From Pseudomonadales bacterium (GTDB taxonomy: Bacteria; Pseudomonadota; Gammaproteobacteria; Pseudomonadales; UBA7434), in assembly GCA_965659815.1 (NCBI GenBank), contig CBFHXO010000002.1, forward strand, positions 794 to 64,793: 64,000 nt of DNA, in the 5' to 3' direction. The notes under the pieces were generated by a model. It had not been told where the DNA came from. It worked only from the letters and a program-made list of their open reading frames with translations, and made no database searches. Within the stretch, counting starts at the first letter, position 1; each line of letters starts with the position of its first letter. Below are positions 18,430 to 27,246 of this stretch, piece after piece. A program made the translations under genes and the position numbers.

Positions 18430-18810
18430 ATGGCTATGAATTTTCTCGATAAGTTTCAAGAACAGAGTTACGCACTACTCAGAATTGTCGCGGGTTTTTT
18501 GTTTATATGGCACGGCGCGCAAAAGTTTTTTAATTTCCCGGTCGAATTTCCCTACGGTCCTTTAAACCCGTTGATGACGGCAGCTGCCGGCATTGAGCTG
18601 GTTGGCGGGGCGCTGATTATGATTGGTTTGTTTACCCGCCCAGCGGCGTTTATTTGTAGCGGTACCATGGCTGTTGCCTATTGGATGGCGCATGGTATGC
18701 AGAGTTTTTTCCCCATGGTTAACGGCGGCGAATTGGCAGCTTTATATTGTTTTATCTTTTTGTTTATCGCCGCGCGTGGCCCTGGTATATGGAGCATTGA
18801 TAAAACCTAG
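18430..18810 (+). CDS. DoxX family membrane protein
   Basis: Start taken at the ATG at 18430 (MAMNFLDKFQEQSYALLRIVAGFLFIWHGAQKF). The 300-nt upstream in-frame extension is Arg-rich nonsense. Confidence 0.85.
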   Translation: MAMNFLDKFQEQSYALLRIVAGFLFIWHGAQKFFNFPVEFPYGPLNPLMTAAAGIELVGGALIMIGLFTRPAAFICSGTMAVAYWMAHGMQSFFPMVNGGELAALYCFIFLFIAARGPGIWSIDKT

Positions 18811-18923
18811 CCAGCTTTGTCTCTGTAACAGACGGGTTGTTAGACTCGTTGGAATCAGCCGTGAATAGAGTGGCTTGGGCTTTTTTCGGTAGGGATTAGT
18901 TGGCAGAAATTAGGCGACAGCAA

Positions 18924-20396
18924 TTAGTCGATGCCTAAAGAGTCCCATAGCGAATCAATTTTTTCTACCACGGCTTTATCCATTTCAATGGTTGTGCCCC
19001 ATTCGCGGGTGGTTTCGCCTTGCCATTTATTGGTGGCATCAAAGCCAATTTTAGAGCCCAGGCCCGATACCGGTGAGGCAAAATCCAAATAATCGATAGG
19101 CGTGTTTTCAACAATCACTGTATCGCGCGCCGGGTCCATGCGCGTGGTCATCGCCCAAATCACATCTTCCCAGTTGCGCGCGTCGACATCGTCGTCGGTG
19201 ACAACGACAAACTTGGTATACATAAACTGGCGCAGAAAAGACCACACACCCATCATTACGCGTTTGGCGTGGCCAGGGTATTGTTTTTTAATCGTGACAA
19301 CGGCCAGCCGATACGAGCAGCCCTCGGGCGGCAAATAAAAATCGCTGATTTCAGGAAAGGTTTTTTGCAACAGTGGCACAAACACTTCGTTTAATGCCAG
19401 GCCTAAAATCGCCGGTTCATCGGGTGGCCTGCCGGTATAGGTGCTGTGATAAATTGGGTTGTCGCGATGGGTAATCGCCGTAACCGTTAATACCGGAAAG
19501 CGATCGACCTCATTGTAGTAACCGGTGTGGTCGCCAAATGGGCCTTCATCGGCCATTTCGCCAGGGTGAATCACACCCTCAATAATGATTTCGCTATGCG
19601 CAGGAATTTGCAAATCGGAATTTAAACACTGGGTAACTTCAGTTTTAGCGCCACGCAGTAATCCGGCAAACGCGTACTCAGATAAGGTGTCGGGTACTGG
19701 CGTCACAGCGCCTAGTGTTGTTGCCGGGTCTGCACCTAAGGCAATCGCGACCGGAAAAGGCTCACCGGGGTGTTGATCTTGCCATTCTTTAAAGTCTAAG
19801 GCGCCACCGCGGTGTGATAACCAGCGCATAATTAATTTGTTTTTACCGATTACCTGCATGCGGTAAATGCCAAGGTTTTGCCGGTCTTTATTGGGACCTT
19901 TGGTAATGACCAGTGGCCAGGTAATTAATGGGCCTGCATCACCTGGCCAACAGGTTTGCACCGGTAGCTTGCTTAGGTCGATATCATCACCGGTTAAGCG
20001 ATTTTTTTGGCAGGGCGCTTTATTGATTTGCTTGGGATTCATATTGAGCACCTGTTTAAAGATCGGTGCTTTTTCCCAAATATCTTTTAAGCCCTTGGGA
20101 GGCTCGGGTTCTTTTAAAAAGGCTAACAGTTTACCTATTTCGCGCAGCGCTGAGACCTCGGTTTCACCCATGGCATAGGCTATGCGTTGCTCGGTGCCAA
20201 ACAGATTGCCCAGTACCGGCATGTTATGACCGACGGGGTTTTCAAATAAAATTGCGGGGCCGCGTTTTTTTAACGTGCGGTCGCAGATTTCGGTCATTTC
20301 AAGCTTGGGGTCAACCGGCTGGCTGATGCGAACCAATTGCCCCTGTTTTTCAAGGTAGGCAATAAATTCGCGCAGGTCGGTAAATTGCAGGCTCAT
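18924..20396 (-). CDS. ubiD: 4-hydroxy-3-polyprenylbenzoate decarboxylase (UbiD)
   Basis: 490 aa, colinear with UbiD ([17 protein letters not shown]..., [10 protein letters not shown]). Confidence 0.95.
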   Translation of the reverse strand: MSLQFTDLREFIAYLEKQGQLVRISQPVDPKLEMTEICDRTLKKRGPAILFENPVGHNMPVLGNLFGTEQRIAYAMGETEVSALREIGKLLAFLKEPEPPKGLKDIWEKAPIFKQVLNMNPKQINKAPCQKNRLTGDDIDLSKLPVQTCWPGDAGPLITWPLVITKGPNKDRQNLGIYRMQVIGKNKLIMRWLSHRGGALDFKEWQDQHPGEPFPVAIALGADPATTLGAVTPVPDTLSEYAFAGLLRGAKTEVTQCLNSDLQIPAHSEIIIEGVIHPGEMADEGPFGDHTGYYNEVDRFPVLTVTAITHRDNPIYHSTYTGRPPDEPAILGLALNEVFVPLLQKTFPEISDFYLPPEGCSYRLAVVTIKKQYPGHAKRVMMGVWSFLRQFMYTKFVVVTDDDVDARNWEDVIWAMTTRMDPARDTVIVENTPIDYLDFASPVSGLGSKIGFDATNKWQGETTREWGTTIEMDKAVVEKIDSLWDSLGID

Positions 20397-20427
20397 TAAC
20401 AGGCCAAATTAAATCGGTTTAAAATGC

Positions 20428-21708
20428 TTAAGCGATTTTTCCGGTTTTCTGACGTTTCATCGACGTAAAGAATTCGTCGTTGGTCTTGGTGTCTTTAAGC
20501 TTGTCGATAAGAAACTCGACGGCCTGGGTGTCTTCCATAGAATGCAGCAGCTTGCGCAAAATCCACATATGTTGCAGTTCTTCTTCTTTGGTAAGAATCT
20601 CTTCACGACGCGTGCCTGAGCGGCGCACATTAATGGCGGGGTAAACACGCTTCTCGGCAATTTTTCGATCGAGATGCAGTTCCATATTACCGGTGCCTTT
20701 AAATTCTTCGTAAATTACTTCATCCATTTTTGAGCCGGTATCGATTAGCGCGGTAGCAATAATGGTTAAGCTGCCGCCTTCTTCGATATTACGCGCGGCA
20801 CCAAAAAAGCGCTTGGGGCGCTCAAGTGCATGGGCGTCGACACCACCGGTTAATACTTTACCTGAGCTTGGCACAATCGTGTTATAGGCGCGGGCAAGGC
20901 GGGTGATAGAGTCGAGCAGAATAATAACGTCGCGCTTGTGCTCAGTAAGACGTTTGGCTTTTTCAATCACCATTTCGGCAACCTGCACGTGACGCGCTGG
21001 TGGCTCGTCGAAGGTACTGGCAATGACCTCGGCGGCGCGCACCGAACGCTCCATTTCGGTAACCTCTTCAGGGCGTTCGTCAATCAGCAAGACAATGACA
21101 TAACACTCAGGGTTATTGCGAATAATTGCTTGCGCCATGTTTTGCAAAATCAGGGTTTTACCGGCTTTGGGTGGCGACACAATCAAGCCGCGCTGGCCCT
21201 TACCGATTGGCGCGCTTAAATCGATAATTCGGCCCGATAAATCTTCGGTACTGCCATTGCCGGCTTCGAGCACCAGGCGATGGTCGGGAAATAGTGGTGT
21301 TAAGTTTTCAAACAGAATTTTTTGCTTGGAGTTATCAGGCTTGTCGAAGTTGATTTCGTTAACCTTTAACAGTGCAAAGTAGCGTTCGCCATCTTTGGGT
21401 GGGCGGATTTTGCCGGCAATGGTATCGCCGGTACGCAGGTTAAAGCGACGAATTTGGCTGGGTGATACGTATATATCATCGGGCCCAGCCAGGTACGAGC
21501 AGTCGGCCGAGCGCAAAAAGCCAAAACCGTCTTGCAAAATTTCCAGCACACCGTCGCCGTAAATATCCTCACCACTTTTTGCGTGGCGCTTAAGAATCGA
21601 AAAAATAATGTCCTGTTTGCGAGAACGGGCGACATTATCGAGCCCCATTTTTTCAGCAATTTTGACGAGTTCGGAAATGGGTTTGGCTTTAAGATCAGTT
21701 AGATTCAT
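20428..21708 (-). CDS. rho: Transcription termination factor Rho
   Basis: 426 aa. Has the N-terminal RNA-binding domain (DGFGFLR) and Walker A (PPKAGKT), with high identity to known Rho. Confidence 0.97.
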   Translation of the reverse strand: MNLTDLKAKPISELVKIAEKMGLDNVARSRKQDIIFSILKRHAKSGEDIYGDGVLEILQDGFGFLRSADCSYLAGPDDIYVSPSQIRRFNLRTGDTIAGKIRPPKDGERYFALLKVNEINFDKPDNSKQKILFENLTPLFPDHRLVLEAGNGSTEDLSGRIIDLSAPIGKGQRGLIVSPPKAGKTLILQNMAQAIIRNNPECYVIVLLIDERPEEVTEMERSVRAAEVIASTFDEPPARHVQVAEMVIEKAKRLTEHKRDVIILLDSITRLARAYNTIVPSSGKVLTGGVDAHALERPKRFFGAARNIEEGGSLTIIATALIDTGSKMDEVIYEEFKGTGNMELHLDRKIAEKRVYPAINVRRSGTRREEILTKEEELQHMWILRKLLHSMEDTQAVEFLIDKLKDTKTNDEFFTSMKRQKTGKIA

Positions 21709-22619
21709 AGTGACGGTTCGTGATTATCGTGAAGTTAAGTGTGAGGAATAAATAAAGGTGTTTGCTGGTGGTATTAGACCATTGTGGGTAATTGGTTTAC
21801 GCCATTGGCAAGTTTTAATTCGCTGCGAGTACAGCTTGAACTGTACCTACGGTTAATGGCGTTGTTCCTGTTTTCAATTGTGTTTCAAATAGCATTTTAA
21901 ATAGTTGGCGACCTTTATTAGTAACTGACGCTGCCGGGTGTTTTCGCTAGGGTTTTGGCATAGAGAAATAGCAGATGAACAAGGCTTATGCGTTTTACGC
22001 GTGGAGGTATTCACCTGATTTACTGGCTTGTGGGTACAGTGGCATTCTGTGGCCATCAACACCGGCTACTTTGGTCAAGTACTCTTGAACAAGTCTGTTT
22101 AAATTGAGTTTCTTTAATTGGGTTTAACAAAGGTTGTTTTAATAATTTATCAAAACGAGTTTATTAAAACAGATCATTAAAAAGGGTGAAGATTTTAATA
22201 TCTATAGTTATACCAGCAACTCTAGCATCGAATGCAGTAAGCGTCTAGCCTAATTTAAACGTATTTGCGAACCGCTTAGGTAATATCTAACAGATCGCTA
22301 TTTCAGCCTCCGACCCCTATTGTAAACTGCTCTGCTGACCAATTTTTGCCCGAAAATAGTGGTCGTGCCGCAATAAGTTATAAGCAACATGAACTGAAAT
22401 TCATTACCAGCTACGAATTATTACAGGCTTTCTATATATCCACGATACATAGTAGATGCTGGCCGGCGGTGCAAAAGCTATGCAGCTCGGCCGATAATTG
22501 GAGGGGTAAACGAGACGTTGGAGCGCAGAAGCTGCCAGCGGTAGTTTTGCCAGCTTGACAGCTCATTGGCACCTGAAATAACTGATTTTAAATCAGGTGC
22601 TTAAGATACATTGGCTGCA
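21709..22619 (-). promoter_or_regulatory. Unusually long, AT-rich trxA-rho intergenic region / putative rho leader
   Basis: 911 bp without a credible CDS. The proximal about 200 nt of the minus-strand transcript is C/A-rich and G-poor, which is rut-like. A small hairpin GTACAG-n6-CTGTAC lies at 21829-21846. Confidence 0.5.
22569..22600 (-). terminator. Stem-loop just downstream of trxA
   Basis: GCACCTGA...TCAGGTGC has 8-bp arms and lies 20 nt after the trxA stop. There is no clear U-tract. Confidence 0.4.
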
Positions 22620-22946
22620 TTAAAGCGAGTTGTCGACAAACTCTTCGAGCTGGGTTTTAGACAGTGCGCCAACCTTGGTTGCGTGGGCGTTACCACCTTT
22701 AAACACCATCAGGGTTGGAATGCCGCGAATACCGTACTTTTGTGCGGCTTCTTTATTGGCATCGACGTCAACCTTAACCACTTTGATTTTGCCTTCGTAG
22801 TTTTCGGCCACTTCTTCAAGCACGGGTGCAATCATTTTGCAGGGTCCACACCACTCGGCCCAGTAATCGACCAGGACAGGTACGTCGGATTTGATAACTT
22901 CTTCTTCAAACGAGGCATCGGTGACATGAACGATGGCGTTACTCAT
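22620..22946 (-). CDS. trxA: Thioredoxin 1
   Basis: 108 aa with the WCGPCK active site. Colinear with E. coli TrxA. Confidence 0.97.
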   Translation of the reverse strand: MSNAIVHVTDASFEEEVIKSDVPVLVDYWAEWCGPCKMIAPVLEEVAENYEGKIKVVKVDVDANKEAAQKYGIRGIPTLMVFKGGNAHATKVGALSKTQLEEFVDNSL

Positions 22947-23054
22947 ACTTTTTTCTCCAGTCCTGGTTAGCCGGTGATTGACCGCATAACCGCATAATTA
23001 GTAATGGTGCGGGCTCTCTTGCCCTGTCTGGCCGGGTATCCTACCACCGTAATC

Positions 23055-23070
23055 ACGATATTAATATCGT
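23055..23070. promoter_or_regulatory. Perfect 16-bp palindrome in the divergent trxA / DedA-fusion control region
   Basis: ACGATATTAATATCGT read directly from the sequence, about 110 bp upstream of the trxA ATG. Confidence 0.35.
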
Positions 23071-23361
23071 CAATGGCGGCCGCAAACTTGCCCGGATACC
23101 TCAATGGGGCTTAATTGGCGGGTTTCAAGGGGGCGGCCGCACTGATTGGCCGATTTTAAGCAAAACAGTGCTTAATGGGTTTGTGCTGATTGCTGCTATT
23201 GAACCAATTGGGTCTGCGCCGATCCTAGTTCGCCTGTGCAATCAATCGAACCCGGTTATGAGCTTATTCGCATTTGGCAGGATAGGGGCAATAGGGCATG
23301 TGTGTTAAGGTTTGTTGGCACAGCACTTGAGCTAACAGTCTAACGGGAGTCATTAGCGGCT

Positions 23362-25506
23362 ATGAATAGCCCTCAGCGTCTTAGAATTTTCTTGCTTGTT
23401 CTTGTAGCGGCAGCGATTGCGGCATTTTTCTATTTCGATATTGGTCAGTATTTTTCGCTGGATTATTTCTCGGCACAAAAACAGGCGCTCGATGCGTATA
23501 TTGCCGAGCACTTTGTGGCAGGTTCGCTGATTTACTTTTGCATCTATGTCGTGGTGTTTGCGCTGGCATTGCCGGCAGGGGCAATTCTGACACTGGCAGG
23601 TGGTGCGTTATTTGGTCTTGGCTGGGGCATTGTGTTGGTGTCGTTTGCCAGCACGCTGGGCTCAACACTGGCGTTTTTGGCGGCCCGTTTTGTTGCCCGC
23701 GACTGGGTTAACCAGCGCTTTGCCGGTAAGCTCGACACCATAAACCAGGGCGTGGCAAAAGACGGTGCATTTTATTTGCTAACCCTGCGATTGGTGCCGA
23801 TTTTTCCCCCTGCGCTAATTAATCTGGCCATGGGCCTGTCGTCAATGAAAACCTGGACGTTTTACTGGGTGAGCCAGCTGGGGATGTTGGCCGGTACCGC
23901 CGTGTATGTAAACGCAGGTACCGAGCTTGCCAATATCGATATTAACCAGGGCATTTTATCGCCCGGTTTGATTTTTGCCTTTGTGTTGTTGGGGGTTTTT
24001 CCGCTGGTGGCCAAGCGTGTACTTGGCTTGTTGCAGGTGCGGCGGGTTTATCGTAATTATCCAAAGCCAAAAAGTTTCGACAATAACCTGGTAGTGCTGG
24101 GTGCAGGCTCGGGTGGTTTGGTCACCGCTTATATCGCGGCAATGGTCAAAGCTGAGGTGACATTAATTGAAAAGCATCAAATGGGGGGTGATTGTTTAAA
24201 TACCGGCTGTGTGCCGAGTAAGGCGCTACTGCGTTCGGCAAAAATCGCGCACTATATCGATCGTGCCGAAACGTTTGGTATTAAAGATGCCAGCGCCAGG
24301 GTGGATTTTGCCGCGGTCATGAACCGGGTACAGCAAGCAATTAACACTATTGAGCCGCATGACTCTGTTGAGCGCTATACCGAATTGGGCGTGAACTGCG
24401 TCAGTGGTGAGGCAAGCATTGTTAGCCCCTATGAGGTTAAAGTGGGCGAGCGCGTAATTACCACGCAAAACATCGTGATCGCCACCGGTGGCAGGCCCGC
24501 GGTTCCGGCAATCAAAGGTATTCAGCAAGTGCCGTTTTATACCTCCGATACCATTTGGAACCTGCATGCACAACCTGCGCATTTATTGGTGATTGGAGCA
24601 GGCCCTATTGGCTGTGAGTTGGCGCAGGCATTTTCGCGACTGGGCAGTGAGGTGACTATTGTGAGTCGCGGCGAACACATACTGCCAAAAGAAGATCCCG
24701 ATGTTAGCGAAGTAGTGCTTAAGCAGATGCGCAGTGAAGGTGTTAATGTTGCGCTGGCGCATTACCCCATTGAAATTACACAGCGCGATCAGGACTATGA
24801 AATGCTGGCCGAGCATCTGGGGAGTCAACAGCGGTTTCGCTTTACACATTTGCTAGTGGCAACGGGCAGGCGTGCCAATACCGAATCCTTAGGTCTCGAT
24901 GCGCTGGGTATTGAGTTGTCTGACGATGGCACCATCGCCGTTGATGACTATTTAAGAACGCGCTTTCCCAATATTTATGCGGTTGGTGATGTGGCAGGCC
25001 CTTATCAGTTTACTCATGCCGCCTCGCATCAGGCCTGGTATGCTGCGGTGAATGCGCTGTTTGGCCGGTTCAAATCGTTTAAAGCCGATTACTCGGTGAT
25101 TCCCTGGGCGACATTTACCGACCCGGAAGTTGCGCGAGTAGGTTTGAGCGAAACTGAGGCGCGTGAAAAAGGTATTGATTTTGATGTGACGCGTTATGAT
25201 TTGGACGATCTGGACCGAGCGATAGCCGATGGCGAAACGCAGGGCTTTGTTAAAGTGATTACGCCCAAGGGCAAAGATAAAATTTTGGGTGCGACGATTG
25301 TTGGCTACCATGCCGGCGAGTTAATTAATGAGTTTATTGCCACGATGAAACGCGGCGGGCGATTAAACGATATTCTGAGTACTATTCATATTTACCCGAC
25401 CTTGGGCGAGGCCAATAAATTTGCTGCCGGGGAGTGGAAGAAAGCGCGTAAGCCAGAAAAATTACTGGCCTATGTGCAGCGCTTTCATCGCTGGAGTCGT
25501 AGCTGA
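23362..25506 (+). CDS. Fusion protein: N-terminal DedA/TVP38-TMEM64 membrane domain plus C-terminal class-I pyridine-nucleotide-disulfide oxidoreductase
   Basis: 714 aa. Residues 1 to about 225 are polytopic with the LRLVPIFPP DedA-type motif. Residues from about 240 have GAGSGG, the redox CxxxxC (GGDCLNTGCVPSK), a second GxGxxG (GAGPIGCE) and the C-terminal HIYPTLGE dimerisation/active-site motif. Confidence 0.9.
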   Translation: MNSPQRLRIFLLVLVAAAIAAFFYFDIGQYFSLDYFSAQKQALDAYIAEHFVAGSLIYFCIYVVVFALALPAGAILTLAGGALFGLGWGIVLVSFASTLGSTLAFLAARFVARDWVNQRFAGKLDTINQGVAKDGAFYLLTLRLVPIFPPALINLAMGLSSMKTWTFYWVSQLGMLAGTAVYVNAGTELANIDINQGILSPGLIFAFVLLGVFPLVAKRVLGLLQVRRVYRNYPKPKSFDNNLVVLGAGSGGLVTAYIAAMVKAEVTLIEKHQMGGDCLNTGCVPSKALLRSAKIAHYIDRAETFGIKDASARVDFAAVMNRVQQAINTIEPHDSVERYTELGVNCVSGEASIVSPYEVKVGERVITTQNIVIATGGRPAVPAIKGIQQVPFYTSDTIWNLHAQPAHLLVIGAGPIGCELAQAFSRLGSEVTIVSRGEHILPKEDPDVSEVVLKQMRSEGVNVALAHYPIEITQRDQDYEMLAEHLGSQQRFRFTHLLVATGRRANTESLGLDALGIELSDDGTIAVDDYLRTRFPNIYAVGDVAGPYQFTHAASHQAWYAAVNALFGRFKSFKADYSVIPWATFTDPEVARVGLSETEAREKGIDFDVTRYDLDDLDRAIADGETQGFVKVITPKGKDKILGATIVGYHAGELINEFIATMKRGGRLNDILSTIHIYPTLGEANKFAAGEWKKARKPEKLLAYVQRFHRWSRS

Positions 25507-25520
25507 TAAAACGTCGGCAT

Positions 25521-25910
25521 TTACGCCTGGTTAGATTTTGCTGCCCGTAGGCTTAGCAAGGCCAGCAAAGCGGTCAATGACTCATAAAAGATCGCGCCAT
25601 AGGTATAGCTGGTTACGTCACCCAGCCCCTGGCTTAAGCCAATAACACGACCAATGGCGAGCGAGCCAATCACAAAAACAATCGATAGCAGGCTGGCGCG
25701 GGCATAGTCATTGTTGATTGCTCCTAGCAAACACCAAAGGCCGAAGCCCGCTTGCAGGCCGCCATACATCGCAGACACTTCTACAAAGGCATCGCCACCT
25801 GCCATTTGGAAGCCGGCGTAACCGGCAGGGATTGCCGGGTCAAACAGGCATACCACGCCATAGGCGAAAAAAATTAAACCCGATACCCATAAAACGAATT
25901 TACCCAGCAT
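25521..25910 (-). CDS. DUF4345 family membrane protein
   Basis: 129 aa with four helices. AMYGGLQAGFG is typical of DUF4345 as I recall it. Confidence 0.7.
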   Translation of the reverse strand: MLGKFVLWVSGLIFFAYGVVCLFDPAIPAGYAGFQMAGGDAFVEVSAMYGGLQAGFGLWCLLGAINNDYARASLLSIVFVIGSLAIGRVIGLSQGLGDVTSYTYGAIFYESLTALLALLSLRAAKSNQA

Positions 25911-26041
25911 GATGCTCTCCGGTTAACACTTTGGTCAGTTTTATTTGCCTGTGTTTAGCTTGCCGCTGAGCTTAACGGTTTTTGGCAACGCTTAAAAGCG
26001 GGCTTTAACTTGTTGGTGCAATTGCCGGCGACAATTGACAA

Positions 26042-26287
26042 TTAGTAATGTGGAGGTTTTTCCAGTGCGGGGTCATCGCTCTCGGTAGGCAATTCATTTT
26101 CTTTGTTTTCGAGGTAATCTTTTAGTCTGGTGTATTTTGTGTTCAGCAGATCGAGTTGTTTTTGCTGTTGGTAAAGCGCATCGGATAACTCATTAATGTG
26201 TTTTTCCATAAACGCCACTTTGGTTTCAAGCTCAACAATAGCCTCTGATTCTGGTGTAACGTTTGAAAGGGTTTGCTTGTCACTCAT
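26042..26287 (-). CDS. slyX: SlyX family protein
   Basis: 81-aa coiled coil ending in ...EKPPHY, like E. coli SlyX (...PPPHY). Confidence 0.8.
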   Translation of the reverse strand: MSDKQTLSNVTPESEAIVELETKVAFMEKHINELSDALYQQQKQLDLLNTKYTRLKDYLENKENELPTESDDPALEKPPHY

Positions 26288-26437
26288 GGTGGTGATGTCC
26301 GGGCGCGTGATAGCGTGGCTATTATTTACTGGTATTTACTCGGTTATCAGTTAAAACAGCGGTCAGTTTACTACCGCCAGGTCGAGATGTGAAATGGCTG
26401 GTAAGATGGCAGCGGGGTTCGATAGGGTGGCAGTATT

Positions 26438-26468
26438 GCGCCGGTGATAAAACGTTTATCACCGGCGC
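26438..26468 (-). terminator. Strong stem-loop downstream of hsp20
   Basis: GCGCCGGTGATAAA-acg-TTTATCACCGGCGC has 14-bp perfect arms and lies 16 nt after the hsp20 stop. There is no U-tract. Confidence 0.4.
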
Positions 26469-26483
26469 ACAGGGTTGGGATAT

Positions 26484-26945
26484 TTAGTTGACCTCTATAC
26501 GCCTGACTTTTTCCTCTACAGGTTCTCGCGTGGCGAGCTTGATGGTTAAAATGCCGTTGTCCAGCGATGCGGCGATAGACTCTTCGTCGATTTCCTCGCC
26601 CAATGTAAAGCTGCGTTTTACTGTGCCACGATAGCGTTCGCGCCGCAGTTCGACAACGTTATCGCCGGTTTCGGCTGCGCTTACTTCGGCGTCAACTTTT
26701 AGTACGCCGTCTTCAATATCAATGCTTATGGCTTCTTTGCTGATACCCGGAACTTCAAGTTCAATCGTATAGCCGCTATCGGTTTGGTAGATATCGGCCG
26801 GTGTGGCTGTTACGGTTTTTTGTTTTGTTTGCTTTGTTCGTGCAGCAAATGGAAAAAACAAATTATCAAAAGGCTTGTCTGAAAATATCTCGTCGGCTAG
26901 ATGATAGCTGTGGCCAAAGGGTCGAGCGGTTGATAGGTAGTTCAT
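26484..26945 (-). CDS. Hsp20/alpha-crystallin family small heat-shock protein
   Basis: Alpha-crystallin domain (ADIYQTDSGYTIELEVPGISKEAISIDIEDGVLKV...SLDNGILTI). Start taken at the ATG at 26945, which has a GGGAG SD. The longer 27029 start would overlap its own promoter. Confidence 0.9.
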   Translation of the reverse strand: MNYLSTARPFGHSYHLADEIFSDKPFDNLFFPFAARTKQTKQKTVTATPADIYQTDSGYTIELEVPGISKEAISIDIEDGVLKVDAEVSAAETGDNVVELRRERYRGTVKRSFTLGEEIDEESIAASLDNGILTIKLATREPVEEKVRRIEVN

Positions 26946-27002
26946 AATCTTACTCCCGTTATATGATTCGTTTAGCGATGTTGCTCTTTGCGTCGAATAA
27001 TA

Positions 27003-27030
27003 ATTTTGGGATGCAATAAATAATTTCAAG
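27003..27030 (-). promoter_or_regulatory. Sigma32-type promoter for hsp20
   Basis: The minus strand reads CTTGAAA-N13-CCCAAAAT (consensus CTTGAAA-N13-15-CCCCATNT), about 55 nt upstream of the hsp20 ATG. Confidence 0.6.
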
Positions 27031-27074
27031 CGATAGATTGGATTTTTAGTGTATAAAAATTTGAATAGCGGGGG

Positions 27075-27101
27075 TTGAAACGAAAATTCCAGCCCCCATA
27101 T
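27075..27101 (+). promoter_or_regulatory. Orphan sigma32-type promoter facing an ORF-poor region
   Basis: The plus strand reads TTGAAA (27075-27080)-N13-CCCCATAT (27094-27101), a near-perfect consensus. It is divergent from the hsp20 promoter 45 bp away. Confidence 0.6.
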
Positions 27102-27204
27102 CCTAATAGATGCTAAGATAAAGCACGTGCGTATTAAATAAGAATGTACAGCCAGCGTTTGCTTTTAAACAGGCTGGCATTAATCTTGCGCAGTGGTTGT
27201 TGCT

Positions 27205-27246
27205 AAATTGATAACAATCCAAATTGATAACGATATAAATTGATGG
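27205..27246. repeat. Three direct repeats with 16-bp phasing (AAATTGATAAC / AAATTGATAAC / AAATTGATGG)
   Basis: Read directly, with repeats starting at 27205, 27221 and 27237. The third repeat overlaps the ATG at 27243. Confidence 0.55.

Noticed and set aside
27145-27207. 20-codon ORF (MYSQRLLLNRLALILRSGCC) just after the orphan sigma32 promoter.
   Set aside because: It coincides with the 27151-27178 hairpin and has no SD. It cannot be distinguished from chance.
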